Source: Eledone cirrhosa (Eukaryota). From it: a stretch of 64,000 bases of DNA. A model generated the notes under the pieces. It was not told the DNA's origin. It saw nothing but the letters and a program-made list of their open reading frames with translations, and did not search any database. Shown here one piece after another: positions 15,001-28,133 of the stretch (position 1 is its first letter; each line of letters begins with the position of its first letter). Where the stretch lies: contig OZ024742.1 in assembly GCA_964016885.1 (NCBI GenBank), forward strand, positions 339,574,001-339,638,000, read 5' to 3'. The position numbers and the translations under genes were made by a program.

Positions 15001-18000
15001 TGATGGGAAGAGAATGACAGAGAGGTGGATGACGCGAAGAGAATGACAGAGAGGTGGATGACGGGAAGGTGGATGACGGGAAGAGAATGACAGAGAGGTG
15101 GATGATGGGAAGGGAATGACAGAGAGGTGGATGACGGGAAGGGAATGACAGAGAGGTGGATGACGGGAAGGTGGCTGATGAGAAGCAAATGACAGAGAGG
15201 TGGACGACGGGAAGGTGGATGATAGGGAGAGAATGACAGAGAGGTGGATGAGGGGAAGGTGGATGATAGGGAGAGAATGACAGAGAGGTGGATCACGGGA
15301 AGGTGGATGATAGGGAGAGAATGACAGAGAGGTGGATGACGGGAAGTTGGATGATAGGGAGAGAATGACAGAGAGGTGGATGACGGGAAGGTGGATGATG
15401 GGAAGGGAATGACAGAGAAGTGGATGACGGGAAGATGGGTGATGGGAAGGGAATGACAGAGAGGTGGATGATGGGAAGAGAATGACAGAGTGGTGGATGA
15501 CGGGAAGGTGGATGACGGGAAGGAAATGACAGAGAGGTGGATGATGGGAAGAGAATAACAGAGGTGGATGATGGGAAGGTGGATGACGGGAAGAGAATGA
15601 CAGAGAGGTGGATGACGGGAAGGTTGATGATGGGAAAAGAATGACAGAGAGGTGGATGACGGGAAGGTGGATGACGGGAAGGAAATGACAGAGAGGTGGA
15701 TGACGGGAAGGTTGATGATGGGAAGAGATTAACAGAGAGGTGGATGATGGGAAGGTGGATGACGGGAAGAGAATGACAGAGAGGTGGATGACGGGAAGGT
15801 TGATGATGGGAAAAGAAAGACAGAGAGGTGGATGACGGGAAGAGAATGACAGACAGGTGGATGACGGGAAGGTGGATGATGCGAAGAGAATGACAGAGAG
15901 GTGGATGACGGGAAGGTGGATGGTGGGAACAGAATGACAGAGAGGTGGATGGTGTGAAGAGAATGACAGAGAGGTGGATGTCGGCAAGGAATGACAGAGA
16001 GGTGGATGACGGGAAGGTTGATGATTGGAAAAATAATGACAGAGAGGTGGATGACGGGAAGAGAATGACAGAGAGGTGGATGACGTGAGGGTGGATGATG
16101 CGAAGAGAATGACAGAAAGGTGGATGACGGGAAGTTGGATGACGGAAAGAGAATGACAGAGAGGGGGATGACGGGAAGGTGGATGGTGGGAAGAGAATGA
16201 CAGAGAGGTGGATGGTGTGAAGAGAATGACAGAGAGGTGGATGACGGGAAGGTGGACGATGAGAAGCAAATGACAGAGAGGTGGACGACGGGAAGGTGGA
16301 TGATGGGAAGAGAATGACAGAGAGGTGGATGACGGGAAGCTGGATGATAGGGAGAGAATGACAGAGAGGTGGATGACGGGAAGGTGGATGATAGGGAGAG
16401 AATGACAGAGAGGTGGATGACGGGAAGTTGGATGATAGGGAGAGAATGACAGAGAGGTGAATGACGGGAAGAGAATGACAGAGAGGTGGATGACGGGAAG
16501 GTGGCTGATGAGAAGCAAATGACAGAGAGGTGGACGACGGGAAGGTGGATGACGGGAAGAGAATGACAGAGACGTGGATGAAGGGAAGGTGGATGATGGG
16601 AAGGGAATGACAGAGAAGTGGATGACGGGAAGATGGGTGATGGGAAGGGAATGACAGAGAGGTGGATGATGGGAAGAGAATGACAGAGTGGTGGATGACG
16701 GGAAGGTGGATGACGGGAAGGAAATGACAGAGAGGTGGATGATGGGAAGAGAATAACAGAGGTGGATGATGGGAAGGTGGATGACGGGAAGAGAATGACA
16801 GAGAGGTGGATGACGGGAAGGTTGATGATGGGAAAAGAATGACAGAGAGGTGGATGACGGGAAGGTGGATGACGGGAAGGAAATGACAGAGAGGTGGATG
16901 ACGGGAAGGTTGATGATGGGAAGAGATTAACAGAGAGGTGGATGATGGGAAGGTGGATGACGGGAAGAGAATGACAGAGAGGTGGATGACGGGAAGGTTG
17001 ATGATGGGAAAAGAAAGACAGAGAGGTGGATGACGGGAAGAGAATGACAGACAGGTGGATGACGGGAAGGTGGATGATGCGAAGAGAATGACAGAGAGGT
17101 GGATGACGGGAAGGTGGATGGTGGGAACAGAATGACAGAGAGGTGGATGGTGTGAAGAGAATGACAGAGAGGTGGATGTCGGCAAGGGAATGACAGAGAG
17201 GTGGATGACGGGAAGGTTGATGATTGGAAAAATAATGACAGAGAGGTGGATGACGGGAAGAGAATGACAGAGAGGTGGATGACGTGAGGGTGGATGATGC
17301 GAAGAGAATGACAGAAAGGTGGATGACGGGAAGTTGGATGACGGAAAGAGAATGACAGAGAGGGGGATGACGGGAAGGTGGATGGTGGGAAGAGAATGAC
17401 AGAGAGGTGGATGATGTGAAGAGAATGACAGAGAGGTGGATGACGGGAAGGTGGACGATGAGAAGCAAATGACAGAGAGGTGGACGACGGGAAGGTGGAT
17501 GATGGGAAGAGAATGACAGAGAGGTGGATGACGGGAAGCTGGATGATAGGGAGAGAATGACAGAGAGGTGGATGACGGGAAGGTGGATGATAGGGAGAGA
17601 ATGACAGAGAGGTGGATGACGGGAAGTTGGATGATAGGGAGAGAATGACAGAGAGGTGAATGACGGGAAGAGAATGACAGAGAGGTGGATGACGGGAAGG
17701 TGGCTGATGAGAAGCAAATGACAGAGAGGTGGACGACGGGAAGGTGGATGACGGGAAGAGAATGACAGAGACGTGGATGAAGGGAAGGTGGATGATGGGA
17801 AGGGAATGACAGAGAAGTGGATGACGGGAAGATGGGTGGTGCTAAGGGAATAACAGAGAGGTGGATGATGGGAAGAGAATGACAGAGAGGTGGATGACGG
17901 GAAGGTGGATGATGGGAAGAGAATAACAGAGAGTTGGATGATGGGAAGATGGATGACGGGAAGACAATTACAGAGAGGTGGATGACGGGAAGGTTGATGA

Positions 18001-21000
18001 TGGGAAGAGAATAACAGAGAGGTGGATGATGGGAAGGTGGATGATGGGAAGAGAATGACAGAGAGGTGGATGATGGGAAGGTGGATGATGGGATGGAAAT
18101 GACAGAGAGGTGGATGGCGGGAAGGTGGATGATGGGAAGAGAATGACAGAGAGGTGGATGACGGGAAGAGAATGACAGAGAGGTGGATGACGGGAAGGTG
18201 GATGCTGGGAAGAGAATGACAGAGATGTGGATGACGGGAAGTTGGATGCTGGGAAGAGAATGACAGAGAGGTGGATGACGGGAAGGTGGATGCTGGGAAG
18301 AGAATAACAGAGAGGTGGATGATGGGAAGATGGATGACGGGAAGAGAATGACAGAGAGGTGGATGACGGGAAAGTTGATGATGGGAAAAGAATGACAGAG
18401 AGGTGGATGACGTGAAGGTGGATGATGGGAAGGAAATGACAGAGAAGTGAATGACGGGAAGAGAATGACAGAGAGGTGGATGACGGGAAGGTGAATGACG
18501 GGAAGGAAATGACAGAGAGGTGGATGACGGGAAGGTGGATGATGGGAAGAGAATGACAGAGAGGTGGATGACGGGAAGGTTGATGATGGGAAAAGAATGA
18601 CAGAGAGGTGGATGACGGGAAGAGAATGACAGAGAGGTGGATGACGGGAAGGTGGATGATGAGAAGAGAATGACAGAGAGGTGGATGACGGGAAGGTGGA
18701 TGACGGAAAGAGAATGACAGAGAGGTGGATGACGGGAAGGGAATGACAGAGAGGTGGATGACGGGAAGGTTGATGATGGGAAAAGAATGACAGAGATGTG
18801 GATGACGTGAAGAGAATGACAGAGAGGTGGATGACGGGAAGGTGGATGATGCGAAGAGTATGACAGAGAGGTGGATGACGGGAAGGTGGATGACGGAAAG
18901 AGAATGAGAGAGAGGTGGATGACGGGAAGGTGGATGGTGGGAAGAGAATGACAGAGAGGTGGATGGTGTGAAGAGAATGACAGAGAGGTGGATGACGGGA
19001 AGGGAATGACAGAGAGGTGGATGACGGGAATGTGGATGATGGGAAGGGAATGAGACAGACGTGGATGACGGGAAGGTGGATGGTGGGAAGAGAATGACAG
19101 AGAGGTGGATGACGGGAAGGGAATGACAGAGACGTGGATGACGGGAAGGTGGATGACGGAAAGAGAATGACAGAGAGGTGGATGACGGGAAGGTGGATGG
19201 TGGGAAGAGAATGACAGAAAGCTGGATGACGGGAAGGTGGATAATGGGAAGGAAATTAGAGAGAGGTGGATGACGGGAAGAGAATAACAGAGAGGTGGAT
19301 GACGGGAAGAGAATGACAGAGAGGTGGATGACGGGAAGGTGGATGGCGGGAAGAGAATGACAGAGAGTTGGATGACGGGAAGGTGGATGATGGGAAGGAT
19401 ATGACAGTGAGATGGATGACGGGCAGGGAATGACAGAGAGGTGGATGACAGGAAGGTGGATGATGGGAAGAGAATGACATTGAGGTGGATGACGGGAAGG
19501 TGGATGATGGGAAGAGAATGACAGAGAGATGAATGACGGGAAGGTGGATGATGGGAAGGAAATTAGAGAGAGGTGGATGACGGGAAGGTGGATGACGGGA
19601 AGAGAATAACAGAGAGGTGGATGACGGGAAGGTGGATGACGGGAAGAGAATGACAGAGAGGTGGATGATGGGAAGGGAATGACAGAGGTGGATGACGGGA
19701 AGGTGGATGATGGGAAGAGAATGACAGAGAGGTGGATGACGGGAAGAGAATGACAGAGAGGTGGATGACGGGAAGGTGGATGACGGGAAGAGAATGACAG
19801 AGAGGTGGATGATGGGAAGGTGGATGATGGGAAGGGAATGACAGAGAGGTGGATGATGGGAAGAGAATGACAGAGAGGTGGATGACGGGAAGGTGGATGC
19901 TGGGAAGAGAATGACAGAAAGGTGGATGACGGGAAGGTGGATGCTGGGAAGAGAATGACAGAGAGGTGGATGACGGGAAGGTGGATGACGGGAAGAGAAT
20001 GACAGAGAGGTGGATGATGGGAAGGTGGATGATGGGAAGAGAATGACAGAGAGGTGGATGATGGGAAGAGAATGACAGAGAGGTGGATGACGGGAAGGTG
20101 GATGCTGGGAAGAGAATGACAGAAAGGTGGATGACGGGAAGGTGGATGCTGGGAAGAGAATGAGAGAGAGGTGGATGACGGGAAGGTGGATGCTGGGAAG
20201 AGAATGACAGAGAGATGGATGACGGGAAGGTGGATGATGGGAAGGAAATGACACAGAGGTGGATGATGGGAAGGTGGATGATGGGAAGGAAATGACAGAG
20301 AGGTGGATGACGGGAAGGTGGATGATGGGAAGAGAATGACAGAGAGGTGGATGACGGGAAGAGAATGACAGAGAGGTGGATGACGGGAAGGTGGATGCTG
20401 GGAAGAGAATGACAGAGAGGTGGATGACGGGAAGGTGGATGCTGGGAAGAGAATGACAGAGAGGTGGATGACGGGAAGGTGGATGCTGGGAAGATAATGA
20501 CAGAGAGATGGATGACGGGAAGGTGGATGATGGGAAGGTGGATGATGGGAAGGAAATGACAGAGAGGTGGATGGCGGGAAGGTGGATGATGGGAAGAGAA
20601 TGACAGAGAGGTGGATGTCGGGAATGTGGATGATGGGAAGGAAATGACAGAGAGGTGGATGATGGGAAGGAAATGACAGAGAGGTGGATGACGGGAAGTT
20701 CGATGATGGGAAGTGAATGACAGAGAGGAGGATGACGGGAAGGGAATGACAGAGAGGTGGATGACGGGAAGGGAATGACAGAGAGGTGGATGACGGCAAG
20801 GAAATGACGAGAAGGTCGATGACGGGATAGGAATGACGGGAAGGTGTATGACGGGAAGGTGGATGATGGGAAGGTGGATAACGTGAAGGGAATGACGGGA
20901 AGGTGGATGACGGGAAGGTGGATGACAGAGAGGTGGATGACGGGAAGGTAATGACGGGAAAGGAATGACGTAGAGGTGGATGACGGGAAGGGAATGGCGG

Positions 21001-21068
21001 GAAGGTGGATGACGGGAAGGAGAATGACGGGGAGGGAATGACGGAAGGTGGATGACCGGAAGGTGGAG
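1..21068. repeat. Complex purine-rich satellite; monomers TGGATGAYGGGAAGG (15 bp) and GAATGACAGAGAGG (14 bp) combined into 29/44/59-bp units
   Basis: Continuous tandem array from the window start. The dominant unit is 15+15+14=44 bp, matching the ~44-aa periodicity of the minus-strand pseudo-ORFs. It ends abruptly at AT-rich sequence near 21070. Confidence 0.97.
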
Positions 21069-21344
21069 AGTCAATAAGGATATTCTTATTTCTTTATTCA
21101 ATATTTATTCTGTTTTATTTATATACGTATTTTATTTTATTTCGAAATTGTCTGCGTTTCGGTTTTTCAAAAGTTTTCAGCAATTTATGATCTCTACAAA
21201 TTCTCTCCCTTTGATGCACTTTTCCTGGTTTTTATTTTATTAATCTCTATATTATTGTTTTTATGCACATTTTAAAATGTTTTTATTTTCTATTATATTT
21301 TTTGTCTTTTTTTTTTTGCTATGGTATTTTGTCAGTTTGTTTAA

Positions 21345-21825
21345 CTTTGTTGTTGTTGGTGGTGTTGTTGTTGTTGGTGCTGCTGTTGTTGTTGTTGGTG
21401 GTGTTGGTGTTCTTGTTGTTGTTGGTGATATTGTTGTTGGTGTTGTTGTTGTTGGTGTTGTGGTTGTTGTTGTTGGTGTTTTGGCTGTTGTTGTTGCTGG
21501 TGTTATTGTTGTTGCTGTTGTTGTTTTTGGTGTTGTTGTTGGTGTCGTTGTTGGTGTTGTTGTTGTTGGTGTTGTTGTTGTTGGTGGTGGTGGTGTTGTT
21601 GTTGTTGTTGGTGTTGTTGCTGTTGGTGGTGTTGCTGTTATTGTTGGTTGTGTTGTTGGTGTTGTTGTTGTTGATGGTGGTGTTGTTGGTGTTATTGTTG
21701 TAGTTGTTCTTATTGGTGCTGTTGTTGGTGGTGGTAGTGGTGTTGTTGTTGTTATTCTTATTGTGTTGTTGGAGTTTGTATTAGTGTTGGTGTTGTTGAT
21801 GTTGTTGTTTTTGTTGTTATTTGCT
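21345..21825. repeat. Degenerate (GTT/GGT)n trinucleotide repeat
   Basis: Directly visible. Confidence 0.95.
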
Positions 21826-21994
21826 CTTTTCTTTTGTCTTCGAGAAACAAAATGGTTGACATGTTTAGAACATGGTTCAGCAGCGACTGAGCAGAGTAAT
21901 AGTGATTTTATTACAGGGTTCCTTAGCAAGTTATGTGCCCCTGATGTCAGACAGCCTCATTTTCTCTGCACTCACGCGATAACCGTCGCCTGAA

Positions 21995-22688
21995 CCACCA
22001 CCGCAGCCACCGGAACCACTATTACAGCTGTTACTACCACCAGCACCACCACCTTTACCTGGGCCATCACCACCACCCTCACCACTATCACCATCAGTAT
22101 GTTCACTACCATAACCACTGCCACCACCACTACCAGCACCACACCAGTATGGCCCCTGCAATCAGCACACACACCACCAGCAACGTCACCCTCATCACCG
22201 TCACCAGGATATCTATAATTACCATCAACACCACCACTAGCACCATCTACTAAGACTGCCACTACTATTACAACCATTAAAACTACCACCAGCAGCAACA
22301 CCACCAGCAGTTTCACCATCACCACCGCCACTACTTCTACTACCTCCAACACCACCATCATCAACACTACGGCCACCACTAACACAAACAACATCAATAG
22401 TACCACCACCACCACCACCACCATACCACCACCACCACCACAACCATCACCACCACCGCCGCTGCCGCCACTACCACCACCAACAATACCCCCCTGCCAC
22501 CACCACCACCACCACCACCACCACCACCACCACCACCACCACCACCACCACCACCACCACCACCACTACCACTACACCACCACCACCACCACCAACACCA
22601 TACCACCACCACCACCACCACCACCACCACCACCACCACCACCACCACCACCACCACCACCACCACCACCACCACCACCACCACCACC
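21995..22688. repeat. Degenerate to pure (CAC)n repeat
   Basis: Degenerate 21995-22400; near-pure 22500-22688. Confidence 0.93.
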
Positions 22689-23004
22689 TCTAATATACCA
22701 CAAATACATCAGACGAAATACACGCCTCTTTTTCCCCTGATTCTGTCTCTCATTTCTCTCCCGCTCTCTTTCCCTCTCTTTCTCTCTCTCTCCTTCTCTC
22801 TCAGTCATCTTACCACAGTTTCTTTTCAGCTATCAAACAACTCATCCACCCGTTCTTCCACTCATGTATACCCCACACCTACCCACCATTACTTCCACCT
22901 ACCCACCCATTCTAAGCAATGAGCTAAACCACAAATGGAGACGTAGCGCTAAATGTACAAATGTTCCGATTAATATAATAAAAGGGTTTAAAAACTTCAC
23001 AAAC

Positions 23005-23380
23005 ACCCCTAAAACTACCACCCACACTCCACCACCAACCCTGCAACTATCATCCACACTCCACCACCACCACCATCACCCCTAAAACTATCACCCACAC
23101 TCCACCACCACCACCACCACCCCTAAAACTATCACCCACACTCCACCACCACCACCACCCCTAAAACTATCACCCACACTCCACCACCACCACCACCCCT
23201 AAAACTATCACCCACACTCCACTACCACCACCCCTAAAACTATCACCCACACTGCATCTGCAACTATCACCCACACTCCACCACCACCACCCCTAAAACT
23301 ATCACCCACACTCCATCTGCAACTATTACCCACATTCCACCACCACCCCTAAAACTATCACCCACACACTATCATTACCA
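23005..23380. repeat. Minisatellite CCCTAAAACTATCACCCACACTCC(ACC)n, about 30-42-bp unit
   Basis: About 9-10 copies of the fixed core with a variable number of ACC. Confidence 0.9.
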
Positions 23381-23384
23381 CCTG

Positions 23385-24095
23385 CCTACATCCTACCTAC
23401 CTACCTACCTACCTACCTACCTACCTACCTACCTACCTACCTACCTACCTACCTAAATAGCTACCTACCTACCTACCTACCAAACTACCAACCTACCTAC
23501 CAACCAACCTACCTACCTAGCTACCTACCAACCAACCTACCTACCAACCAACCTACCTACCTAGCTACCTACCAACCAACCTACCTACCTACCTACCTAC
23601 CTACCTACCTACCTACCTACCAACCTACCTACCTCCCTCCCTACCTACCTACCTACCTACCTACCAACCTACAAACCTACCTACCTACCCACCTACCTAC
23701 CTACCTACCAACCTACCACCCTACTTACCTACCTACCTACCTACCTACCTACTTACCTACCTACCTACCTACCTACCTACCTACCTACCTACCTACCTAC
23801 CTACCTACTTACCTACCTACCTACCTACCTACCAACCTACCTACCTACGTACCAACCTACCTACCTACCAACCTACCAACCTACCTACCTACCTACCTAC
23901 CTACCTACCTACCTACCTACCTACCTACCTACCTACCTACCTACCTACCTACCAACCTACCAACCTACCTACCTACCTACCTACCTACCTACCTACCTAC
24001 CAACCTACCAACCTACCTACATACCTACCTACCTACCTACCTACCTACCTACCTACCTACCTACGTACCTACCTACCTACCTACCTACCTCCCTA
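23385..24095. repeat. (CCTA)n tetranucleotide tract
   Basis: Directly visible, about 0.7 kb. Confidence 0.97.
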
Positions 24096-25350
24096 CCGCT
24101 TGACCGTCGTGCCTTGTCCAGCCAAAACGCTCACCAAAATGGAGCGCGCGCTCTTCCAATTCCTTTGGAAGAAACGGGCTCCTTTGTTGAGAAGATCCAT
24201 CTGCTGCCAACACTCTTCAGACGGAGGGCTGGGGTTACCGTGGCTAACGATGCGCAAACACGCACTCAGGCTGCTTCACCTCCACGTATTCCTCACCAGA
24301 CAACCGGTGTGGGCCCCGTTAGTGAGGCGAGCCTTCCCACGACATTTCTCGCTGACCGAGCTGCAGTCCTGGGTCAAGCAATGGCGAGGAAAATGGGCGA
24401 CTGGCAGATCGAATGTGCTCAGGTGCTCACAGTCCTCTGGCAAACGGACCCGGCGATCAGTGGGGACTCCATTTCGACATTCTATAGAGGGTTGTTCCGC
24501 AGCAAGGGCGACGACACGCTCGGAGAAACTCTAGGCGTAGAGGAGAACGAACTGGCCAGTCTGTTCGGTAGGACCTTCCGCCCGGGGCCAATGGACAACT
24601 TCCAAAAGTCCCTGGCCTGGCAGTGCTACAGAGGAGCTCTACCAGTTCGAGACAAGCTCTACAGACATGGGCGCCCGGGTAAGGACCCTTCGAAAAAGAT
24701 CTGACCGAGATGCGTGCGCGACGAAGAAACCGTCGCGCACGCATTCATACACTGCCCGGGCGTTACCGACCTGTAGGGCTATGTAGAAGGACTATTGTCG
24801 CGGGTGGGACCAATCTAGTTGACCACCGAGTCCATTGTCATGATCAAACCGTCTCCCTCCTTCAAAAACGAGGGAGAGGCGGTTTTCCTATGTGTTATGT
24901 CTATGGTGAAAGAGGTTATATGGTGGACGAGGTTAAAAGGGCTGAGGTCAGACACCTTTCTCTCCGGCGAGGAACTGATTCGTTTTTTCAAATATCATTT
25001 TGGAAGAAGAATCAGGATGGAGAGAGAGGTGATGTACCCCAGCAAATTTTATAAAAGGTGGGTGAATGTGGCAAAGATGGCCCGACTGGTTGGGCCTTCT
25101 CTCTATATAAGCCTGTAAGTTGTGGAAAAAGAGGAAGAGAGGAAGGGAGTACTCACTCTTGGTGCTCCTGGAGATGAAGGTTGTACATTTTTTCGGGGTG
25201 TGTACAACCCCTGTGTAACACCTCCTCCCTATTGGGGATTTCAATTGTTATTTGTTATTGTATTAATAGTTTTATTTTCATATACCTGTATGTAAACTCC
25301 CTATTTGTATTTGTCCCCTTCTTTTGTGCCCTTGTGGCTAATAAAGGAAT
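24093..25350 (+). mobile_element. 5'-truncated Tx1/L1-group LINE (ORF2 C-terminal part + 3'UTR), decayed
   Basis: Frameshifted peptides TVVPCP..FLWKK..GGLGLP, MDNFQKSLAWQCYRGALPVR and KEVIWWTR match ORF2 at 47.3-48.35 kb. AATAAA at ~25340 is followed by a YCTA tail. Confidence 0.93.
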
Positions 25351-26780
25351 TTACCTATCTATCTTCCTACCTACCTACCTACCTACCTACCTACCTACCT
25401 ACCTACCTACCTATCTACCTACCTACCTACAGACCTACCTACCTACCTACCTACCTACCAACCTACCTACCTACCTACCTACCTACCTACCTACCTACCT
25501 AAATAGCTACCTACCTCCCTACCTACCTACCTACCTACCAACCTACCTACCTACCTACCTACCTACCTACCTACCTACCTACCTACCTATCTACCTACCT
25601 ACCTACCTATCTACCAACCTACCTACCTATCTACCTACCTACCTACCTACCTACCTACCTACCTACCTACCTACCTACCTACCTACCAACCAACCTACCT
25701 ACCTACCTACCTACCTACCTACCTACCTACCTACCTACCTAATTACCTACCTACCTACCCACCTACCTACCTACCTACCTACCCACCTACCTACCTACCT
25801 ACCTAATTACCTACCTACCTACCTACCTACCTACCTAATTACCTACCTACCTACCTACCCACCTACCTACCTACCTACCTACCTACCAACCTACCTACCT
25901 ACCTACCTACCTAACTACTTACCTACCTACCAACCTACCTACCTACCTACCTACCTACCTACCTACCTACCAACCAACCTACCTACCTACCTACCTACCT
26001 ACCTACCTACCTACCTACCTACCTACCTAATTACCTACCTACCTACCCACCTACCTACCTACCTACCTACCTACCCACCTACCTACCTACCTACCTACCT
26101 AATTACCTACCTACCTACCTACCTAATTACCTACCGACCTACCTACCCACCTACCTACCTACCTACCTACCTACCTACCAACCTACCTACTTACCTACCT
26201 ACCTACCTACTTACCTACCTACCAACCTACCTACCTACCTACCTACCTACCTACCTATCTACCAACCTACCTACCTACCTACCTACCTACCTACCTACCT
26301 ACCTACCTACCTGCCAACCAACCTACCTACCTACCTACCTACCTACCAACCTACCTACCTACCTACCTACCTACCTACCTACCTACCTACCTACCTACCT
26401 ATGAACCAACCTACCTACCTACCTACCTACCTACCTACCTACCTACCTACCTACCTACCTACCAACCTACCTACCTACCTACCTACCTACCTACCTACCT
26501 ACCAACCAACCTACCTACCTACCTACCTACCTACCTACCTACCAACCTACCTACCTAACTACCAACCTACCTACCTACCTACCTACCTACCTACCTACCT
26601 ATCTACCTCCCTACCTACCTACCTACCTACCTACCTACCTATCTACCTACCTACCTACCTACCTACCTACCTACCTACCTACCTACCTACCTACCAACCT
26701 ACCTACCTACCTACCTACCTACCTACCAACCTACCTACCTACCTACCTACCAACCTACCTACCTACCTACCTACCTACCT
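25351..26780. repeat. (CCTA)n tetranucleotide tract
   Basis: About 1.4 kb; the source of the LPTY pseudo-ORFs. Confidence 0.97.
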
Positions 26781-27725
26781 GACGCCCTCGGAGAAGCCCT
26801 AGACATGGAGGAGGACGAACTGGCCAGCCTGTTCGGTAGGACATTCAGCCCGGGACCTATGGACAACTTCCAGAAGTCCCTGGCCTGGCAGTGCTACCGA
26901 GGGGCTTTACCCGTTCGAGAAAGGCTCTACAGACACGGGCGCCCGGGTAGGGACCCCGCCAAAAAGATCTGTCCCAGATGCGTGTGCGACGAGGAAACCG
27001 TTGCACACGCATTGGTACACTGCTCGGGCGTAGCCGATCTGTGGGGCTATGTCGAACAACTGCTGTCAAGGGTGGGACCGATCCGGTTGACCACCGAGTC
27101 TATTGTAATGATCAAGCCGCCTCCCCCCTTCAAAGATAAAGCAGAGGCGGTGTTTCTGTGCGTAATAGCCATGGCGAAAGAGGTTGTATGGTGGACGCGT
27201 CTGAAAGGACTGAGGTCAGGCACCTTTCTCTCTGGCCAACAACTGGTCCGTTTCTTCCGATATCATTTCGGAAGAAGGATCAGGATGGAGAGAGAGGTGC
27301 TGCACCCCAGCCGTTTCTATGAAAGATGGGTGAAAGTGGCGAGAATGGCCCGTGTGAATGGGCCTTCACTCTACATCAGACTATAGGTGAGGAAGATGAA
27401 AGACCAAGGGAGCACCCCTTCTCTGTGCTCCTGAGGAGAAGGGTTGCACACTTTTTTCGGGGGTGTGTGCGACCCCCCAAGGCGCCTCCTCTCTATTGAG
27501 GATTTTGTTAAAAATTTTATTTTTTGTTATATCTTATTTTATTTTTATATTTTGTTATTGCCTCCTCCTTATTGAGGACGCCTTTTTGTGTAAACTCCCC
27601 CCTTTGTACTTGTCCCACTTTTGATGCCCTAGTGGCAAATAAAAGAAACATACCTATCTACCTACCTACCTACCTACCTACCTACCTACCAACCTACCTA
27701 CCTACCTACCTACCTACCAACCTAT
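26781..27725 (+). mobile_element. 5'-truncated Tx1/L1-group LINE (zinc-finger end of ORF2, 3'UTR, (CCTA)n tail)
   Basis: Open frame 26805-27386 with CPRC..ETVAHALVHC (zf-RVT-like CCHC). AATAAA at ~27638, then (CCTA)n to 27725. Confidence 0.93.
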
Positions 27726-27984
27726 CATTCCCCAAAGTTATTTTTATATGAGATTTGAAGCACTTTACAGATTTTATGGAGTATTATTAATATTAACAAT
27801 ATTAAAAAATGGTAAATATAATTTATAAAACCATATTTATTTTATTATACGTATTTCTAGGACACAAAGCTATTGTGTGATTTCATCAGATAAAATATAA
27901 TATTTGGTGTTAAGATATTCACATACCTTAGCATAGTCTTAATAGTATAAACTCGCTAACGGCGAGATTATACATATATATGTA

Positions 27985-28082
<98 letters not shown>

Positions 28083-28096
28083 AACGAAGGGAGATA

Positions 28097-28133
28097 AGCT
28101 GACAGATCTGTTTCACACTGTTGGTGATCATCC
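28097..28133 (-). ncRNA. Truncated hammerhead-like motif
   Basis: Minus strand: gGATGA-tCACcaacaGTGt-GAA-ACAGATCTGT-C (palindromic stem III, GUC). The 5' core and stem I are replaced. Confidence 0.45.

Noticed and set aside
1-21068. CRISPR-like repeat/spacer array
   Set aside because: There are no unique spacers and no cas genes, and the context is eukaryotic.
6238-21101. Minus-strand ORFs of up to 2134 aa as protein-coding genes
   Set aside because: They are translations of the satellite: the same peptide appears in all frames, the unit length is not a multiple of 3, and most starts are non-ATG.
21261-21993. Mucin-like Thr/Pro or poly-Val ORFs
   Set aside because: Translation of (GTT/GGT)n.
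21976-22156. Gly-rich minus-strand exon ending at GTGAGT
   Set aside because: It lies in degenerate (GGT)n, has a weak acceptor and gives no recognisable domain.
23005-23380. Telomeric repeat (CCCTAA)
   Set aside because: There is only a single CCCTAA per minisatellite unit, not a tandem TTAGGG array.
25181-26802. LPTY-repeat proteins
   Set aside because: Translation of (CCTA)n.
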